This document shows, in pieces, positions 56,729-64,000 of a DNA stretch of 64,000 nucleotides. Positions within the stretch are counted from its first letter, which is position 1. Every line of letters starts with the position of its first letter. The position numbers and the translations under genes are program-made. The notes beneath the pieces are model-generated. The model saw nothing but the letters and a program-made list of their open reading frames with translations. It was not told the DNA's origin and searched no databases. The stretch lies in contig OZ260667.1 of the NCBI GenBank assembly GCA_965285935.1, positions 17,298,001-17,362,000 on the forward strand, read 5' to 3'. The DNA is from Ophelia neglecta. Its lineage: Eukaryota.

Positions 56729-59700
56729 TTAACTGCCTGTTAACCTTAAAGAGTTTTTTCCTTTGACTTTGTCCCATTTTTACATATCACTACCATCCTC
56801 TTCTATGCCAGTGAGGTGAGTGATTCTGTAATTGGCTCTGTGACCTCCATCTCTCTCCTCCCTTGCTCATTCATCTAGAATCAGCTCTGCCTGCTGGACC
56901 CTAGGTATTCTGAGGTAGACAGGATGATCAAGTGTCCTGCTCCCAGCATCACATCTAGCTACAATTGATAATAAAAAACTGACAGGAGAAGACTAACTGA
57001 CTGTACATTACTTTATAACAATGTTTGTAACTTAGTTGAAACTAAAGCTACATGTAGGTGGTTTTGCTAAAGTATATCTTGTATTATTGTACTATACTGC
57101 TACATTGACCACTCCATGCAGTTGTATCTCTTGTACTTTTTCGTATGTGGTAATTTCATATTGCTATAAATGTAATTAATTCAATTATTTGTTAGCATGC
57201 AGTACAGTACATGTATGTTTATAGGCAGGCCTCACCTACCTGTACTCAGTGCAGGGAGTAGTGGTCACCTAATTAGACATGGGCTCCTGTCAGTATTGAC
57301 AAAAGTGCAATTCCCTGGTCCAGCACGGGTGGTGTGAGGAAGGATTCCTGAGATTCCTGCTCTGGGCATCCTCACTTTGGTTCTCGGTGCTATGTAAAAC
57401 TGCTAAATCTGTCATTTCTGCTCACCACTACTTCACTTGTATAATTTGATCATGATGGAAAACTGAAAAGCAGTCAACATTGCTGCCAGAGTACTCATGG
57501 GAGCACATGTTGTTTCAGTCTGTGTGTAGCCAAAAAGAAGGCCAACATTCTACTATTAAGGTCCATTTTAGCAGCTTAGACAAGTAAAAGAACATTTCGC
57601 CAAATTCCTTTTTATAAATTGTATTTATGTGTTCCATTTTTGTTTTGGTATATTGGTGGTGTTCCAAGTTGATATGCTGACTGTTGTATACTAGTCTGGT
57701 TAAAAATAAAACTATTTTAGTAATGAATATGAGAAAAGTAATATGAATTTTTAAAAATGATCTGATCCCCTGGTTGATTGGGTAAATTGTCCTGCTTCAT
57801 GGGAATGAATCTGTTTGATTTAACTTTGCAGTCTATTTTCCACCTCCAGGTCTCTCAGTACATCCAGCCATGTTGTATTCTGGTGTTGGGTCAGTCTGTT
57901 CTCACCTTTGACAAATAAAAAACAACCTTAGATTGAGCAAACGAGTTTCCATGGAATCTTTGTAGTAGTCAATTGCAGTGTGTCAATTCTCGCATTCTCA
58001 AAGTCCAACTTTTGAATGTCTCTCTGTTCTCTTTTTCTGTCGGAAGAGCACTTATAAAAACTTCATCAAAAAGCCTATTGGAACTTAGTGAAGTCAAAAA
58101 AACTTTATCATTGAGATGCTTAGCTTTTAAGTTTATACCCCTCAGCATGCAAGTAGAATTTTATCATATTGACCAGTGAGTTAATTGCAGCATGACCTTG
58201 ATATATATTTTTTATATATAATATGTATTTCATATATATGGTATTTTTAAATTGTGTACCATAATATGTTAAGGACTTCAGGTGACAGTAAAAGTGACAT
58301 ATATGTCTTGGATTTGTGAGTTGACAGCCCTTTCTGAAAGTTATTGATGAACCCTAAAGAATTTTGTTTAATGCCTTTTGGATGGGAATGATATGTTCAG
58401 TTTCTTGTATGTCTGACTTATTGACCATTTAGAGGATTTTTTGGGAAGTCAGGAAAACAAAAAATCTGTTTGTGAACTTTCATTTACTATTGAATTCTTG
58501 ATGAAGCCATATGGAGATCACTGAATTTTCGGAGCATTCTTTTGCCATGGAATAATGGGAAAGGTAAATCACAAAGTCAAATTGATTGACGTCAGTGTAG
58601 GCAAGGTAGGCACATTAACTTGGTTGACTACGATATAAAAATTGCAAATGCAGGGAAATTTCTTGTGTCCTTCTTCTGGCCATTACCTCTTTGGCAAATT
58701 GGGAAAAACTGAATAGTGGATAACTATTTGTGGTATGCCAGATGGGCCTATGAGATTTATTGACAGTGTCTGGCTGAAGGGCTACAGCTGCTTTGCCCTC
58801 TATTTTTAATTTTACCTAGAGGTTGACCTAGTCAAATGAACTGAAATATTACTACTGGTGAAGTTCAAATATCATTTTCTTTCTGAACTATTCAAGTCAG
58901 AATACTTTTAATTGCAGTATGTAAATCACATAACCTGGGAATGTACATATATACCATTTTATACATTGGCTGCCCTGGTTAAAGGATATGTCCTTGAACT
59001 ATATTAAATACAAAACAGTTGTAACTAATTATATGCCATACTTTAGGGCATAATTTCTGTACAAAACATTTTTGCCTCTGAGAATAACATTTGAAATAAA
59101 CTTCCAGTAATCTTTAGAAGTACACTTTGGCTTTCTTTTGCCAGAACGTTCTCAGAAATGTACGTTTTGAGTCTATTTAATTGCACTTTTTGCTTCCAGG
59201 AAGTTCTCAAGAAATACTGTTGAAATAATACTGAACTAAATTTTATTTAAGTAATTCTTGTTCCTTATAATTTATTACCCTAGACGTACATTTGAAATAC
59301 TTTATAAGTTTTCAGTGTCAGAAAGCCTCACTGTCCGGGCACAACAGCTACTGGAACATGCATCAGTCATCCACTTTCTTTATACCTTTGAATTACCTGT
59401 TACATACTCAATGAATTTGCAGTCATGTTCAATCATGTTCCAGAAAGGGTACTCGAGGTTTACCCGTACTTAAAAATATCACAAGAGTATCTTGGAGTGC
59501 CTTAAATAGAATTAAGGGGTACTCCTACTCCTGTAAATTGTGGTTAGAGTAGCTATGTGTTTCTTATCAGTATATCCCAACTAAAAGTCCAACACCCTTT
59601 TCTTAATTAAACTTGTTTTTATGAATAAGCAATACAAAGGAGACTTTGAAGTCTTTTGATGATTTTAGATGTGTAAAAAAATCATGTCTTCTGATGATTG

Positions 59701-62700
59701 TAGATGTGTAAAATAATTAGGTTACATTCTCGTTCCTTGACGTCACAGTTTAGTGGGACAAAACTGATCTGTAATTGTGAGTGGAAAGAAGTTTGTATAA
59801 TTTATACCCTTAAAATTCACATACTTTACTCTTCAAGGTCTTTAAATGCAGTTTCATTGATTTTTACTATATAATTCAGTGATACATTGGACATGGTAGA
59901 ACATAATACATTTCCAGGATTTCTGCTTTCAATGGTTGATATGCAGGCAAAGCTGATATACATGCAAAATGTTAAACATTGATTGAAAATGTAGCAGATT
60001 TAGACCCAGAAAAAGGGGGTGAAGGAGGGGATTGAATATGTCAATAGATAGACTGGGCTGTTGCTCAGCCAACATGAGTGGAGTTCTCCAAAAGCCAAGG
60101 ATGCTGCCCGGGATACTTCCATCTATCATTCCAGCAATAGGGCATTACTGAACAACATATGTCTGTGTCAAAACTGCTGCCAGGTCAGCTACACAAGGGA
60201 TTGGTGCCTAATGTTAGATTGATGAAATTCAAACTAGTTGGCCAAGAAGCCTTCTAGATGTCGGAATGAAGATGGTTATACTGGCAAGGGCTGTCCTATA
60301 CATTAAACATTCAATGTAATGCAAGGGATCTTACACATTGTTGCCAAAGTGTCAGCTATCTTACTGTGTAAGCAGGCCTTTTGTTATAACCTCCTTTTGC
60401 AACTTAGAACATCAATTTTGCCTGAAACAACTATACTCAGATCTGAAAACTATTGATTATGGTTGACTTGGAGGAAAATTTATATTTGCTAATCATGTTC
60501 TTTTTGAACTTTTAAACAAGAACAGATTTTACTAATCTTCCTTCAAATGTCAAGACTGTGTCAGTATAGAGTGAAGGTACTTTTCTGCTAAGGTCCTGCC
60601 ATTTGAAAAACCAGCCAGAAAGATTCTAAATCAAGTGAAATGTGGCAATGCTTACTTATACATGTATTATATCAATATTTGATCAGTGGGTCCCAGGAAA
60701 ATATTCATTCCTGCTAGAAATTGTCTTGTGCAGGAACATAAAGAAAACTGCACTAATCTGTGGACATCATCTCCATTGTTTGATGCACCTTTTGTTTTTG
60801 TTTCTCTACCGGATTTCCCAGTGGCATTGTTTGGCATTTGATGACATGGAAAATGTCTCTTCATTTGGGGCCATTCCTTCCTGCACTGCTGGTAATATTT
60901 ATAATTGGCATTTTATAGCTGTTACATCCGTAATCCAGCATTTGTGTGGCCATATAGCATATTACTATTTTTACTTTCATCACATTATAGTGTTAATATT
61001 TTATCAGAGCAGTGGAACTGTTTGCTGACACAAGGAATGACTACGATATTATTGGGAGCTTATAAAAGTACATGTATATGCTCTGTATTACCATATCCCT
61101 CTGGCCTTGACAGAGAAAACAGATACTAGATTGCCTATGTGTTTGGCATTGCAGAAAAAATACATAATAATAGTAAATGTTATATAGGAGTTTTTCTGTC
61201 ATATGCTGCACTAGACCTCTTAATGCATCCGCCTTCCGGGGTTTCTGAACACTGATACCTACATTTTTAAAAATAAATCATGAAATATGATCAGTGCAAG
61301 GTCTGATGTGTAGTGAAGATCCATGACAGAATAATCAAATTAGAGGAATTCACTAATGTGCCTCCCCTTTCTCCCTGCTAAGAGATTTATTAGCATAATC
61401 TCTCCTTGTTGTCCATATTCTCATAATAAATATCATTTTCCTTCTTCTATGATGTAAGACATAAACCATAACCAATATAAATTGAGTTTTCACTGTGACT
61501 TTGTTGTAGTAGGGTCATGGCAGCAAGATAGTGTTGTGTGAATGTATGAGAGTAGAATTAGATTTGAGAAGAAAGAGAGAGAATATGGGGATGGACGACA
61601 AAGGACGACAAATCATGTCTACGTGCTGTATGACAAGCATATCCTGCAACAGCACAGCTATATCAATCTAAGCCATTATATTTTCAGATATTCACATATA
61701 TCATCAAATAACGGAAATGTTGAGATTAGTTTTGGTACCCAAAATCATAAATATTGGTCACTTCAAAGATATTTAAGCCTCTTTTACTAGTAAATAATTG
61801 GAAGAAGGCATGATAACGTTGGACGTCAGATGACCTATTGAGACATTTGTTTTCTTCGTGTTCAGGCCAAACTGCTCTGGAATTGCCAGCTTGCATTGGC
61901 TGTGAGGCAGTTTGTCACTTCTATTGTCCAATTAATTTTCCCAGTGTCTCTTCTTCATCTCTTCATTGACAAACTTAATTGCCTTTAAGCTGGTGCAGAA
62001 TACAAGATATATGTGTATGCCCAGTTTTTGTAAGTGTTTACCAGAATAAGATATAATTATGTAGGCCATACTAATTAAGCATGAAGCTCTGCTCATCAAT
62101 TTCACAGATGCCAATTAATATAAAGTTCAATAAGTGCTATTTCTGGTAGCAGCATCACCTAGAATTGCAACCTTGAAGCCAATTTCTAGCCTGATTATAC
62201 GCTTTTCATTGGGCCTAGAGCAATTATATTCACCGCGAAAATAAGTCATCAATACGAAGTAGCCAGTTTGTTAAGTTGCTATTAAGGTATACGTGACTTA
62301 TTAAGATTTGTTTGCCTCTTTATTGTCTCTGTTTGCTGGTTGCAACTGCAGATAAGAAAAACAATGGCACGAATTGCTTTGTGTGGCTGCTTTCTGGCTG
62401 TTAATGTCTTGCTGCAATGAGAATAAGCATGTAGTCATATGCAGCAGTTTGAGTCCCTTCACTGATCCCAGTCTAGATTGGATGGGCTTCTTCAACTCCC
62501 TAACTATCTCATAGACAACTAACAATGGAGCATAATGGAGAACTCAAATCAGACCAGAATATTTATAGGGAGCAGTAAAATTATCAAGCTTTCTGTCATG
62601 ATGTGTAGAGAATCAATCTCTCAGCTTTCAAGACCTCAAACCATCATATTCCTACATCTAACCCATTGAGCATTGTCAAAGGGCTGAACATTTACCCTGT

Positions 62701-63969
62701 TTTCACAGGGGTTTTCTGGAGAACTTTGAAAACATTCTGTTATCAGTTTAGATATGGAGCCTCCTGTTCAGGCATGTTGATTTCTCAGAGCTGTCTCTAT
62801 GTAGACAGTCCTGCCGAGAAAACTCGTAACAATATTTCATCAGAGTGGGAAAGTTAAGTTGTGAGGTGAAAATCTACCATGACTCTAATCATGATTTATG
62901 TTTGGCACTCCAAGGAAAGCTTGTGAACTTTACTATGTTTTTGTGTAATAATGTATGACATGGGCAGTTCCAATCCAACAGAACTGTATGTTGAAATAGG
63001 TGATATAAATATGCCCTGTTTCACACTCAGGATAAAAGGGTGAACCTTTCTTGCGGCTTACTCATTACACCAATGAGCAGGTATTGTCCTTCTCAATGCT
63101 AGTCAGTAGAAAGAAAACACCTTCAGTCTAGGCCTGTTCCCTGCCAAAACATGTATTTTAGGTCTACATTGTATCAACTCAGTATATTCAAGCATTCTTT
63201 TTCAACAACTCAAATGGCCCCAGAAGTGAGAAATTAACACTTTTCTAAGCTGTTGATAGCAAACTCATGTCATCTATAGTCCCTAAACTGTTGAGACTTG
63301 CACATTCCTTTTCATAAGCCACCACTGCAGATAACCTAGACATGTAAAAAACTAGATCAGAAAGTATGGGCATACCACCAGCTGTAGTGCAGACGAATAA
63401 ATTCAGTGGCAACTCTCTCAAAATAGGATTTTGCCAGGAATTTTTTCACCTGATTAAAGTTTTTTTTTGGAAATTGATGCCTTCCTCTTTGTATCCAGAC
63501 AAGCAGGGACTAATTTGTTTAGTCAATTCAGCTTATCAAATAGGGTAGAAGTTTCTTGTGTGCCAGGCTTTGGCATCTGTCTCAATTAAGAGAAATCATC
63601 TTGGCTTCTCATTGTTACTTTATTTACCACTGACTTCTGTTACCACTCTTTACAAATATATATATTTATATATATTATTCCCCCATCACAATTAAAAGGT
63701 TCCTGTCCCTTATATATAAATGATTCCTCTTAATTCTCTATTAAGAGTACTCTTTTAAAAGCATTGATATATATTGTACTGTACTTATGCCATCATTCAC
63801 ATTGTTGAAGTTATTTTATACTCTATGGAAATGCACTTGTTGGGTCACTCTTTAGCTGCCAAATTATATTTATATGTAGATGTTCATCAGGAATGATATG
63901 CACAAAATTGTCTAGTACAGAGTTATAGCTGATTATATTTTAGCACAGTTGACCAATCTTTTGATTTTA

Positions 63970-64000
63970 ATAGCTATTATTTTTCACGTTTGCAGGTAAG
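63970..64000 (+). other. 3' splice acceptor immediately followed by a donor-like GTAAG (start of next exon or recursive splice site)
   Basis: tattatttttcacgtttgcAG|GTAAG; sequence ends at 64000. Confidence 0.55.

Larger units (their letters stand above)
31308..63995 (+). other. Probable GT-AG intron, ~32.7 kb, phase 1
   Basis: Starts GTGAGT. No convincing zinc-finger exon seen before the acceptor tattatttttcacgtttgcag at 63975-63995. Small internal exons are possible. Confidence 0.5.

Noticed and set aside
57236-57262. Small hairpin cctgtact-c-agtgcagg as a possible miRNA or terminator
   Set aside because: The stem is far too short for a pre-miRNA and is expected by chance.

Overview
AT-rich eukaryotic (metazoan) genomic DNA, not prokaryotic: no long ORFs, no operons, strong CpG depletion over most of the window. 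The repeat types and the excess of TACATGTA suggest an invertebrate, probably a mollusc (inference). The window appears to hold the 5' part of one large-intron, + strand gene encoding a ZNF385-like matrin/U1-type C2H2 zinc-finger protein. Coding exon 10803-11024 (Pro/Gly-rich N-terminus) splices in phase 0 to exon 31145-31307 (first zinc finger). The next clear acceptor is at the very end of the window (63995). A CpG-retaining promoter-like region with a strong donor at 1191 lies upstream. The introns (~20 kb and ~33 kb) contain an 80-bp and a 52/53-bp minisatellite, both with higher-order structure, several MITE-like elements and a TSD-flanked truncated SINE tail; a LINE 3' remnant opens the window. 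I found no clearly new biological system. The best leads are candidate recursive (AG|GT) splice points, a sense-strand array dense in donor-like GTAAG motifs, and a templated micro-insertion. Almost all ORFs in the supplied track look spurious.
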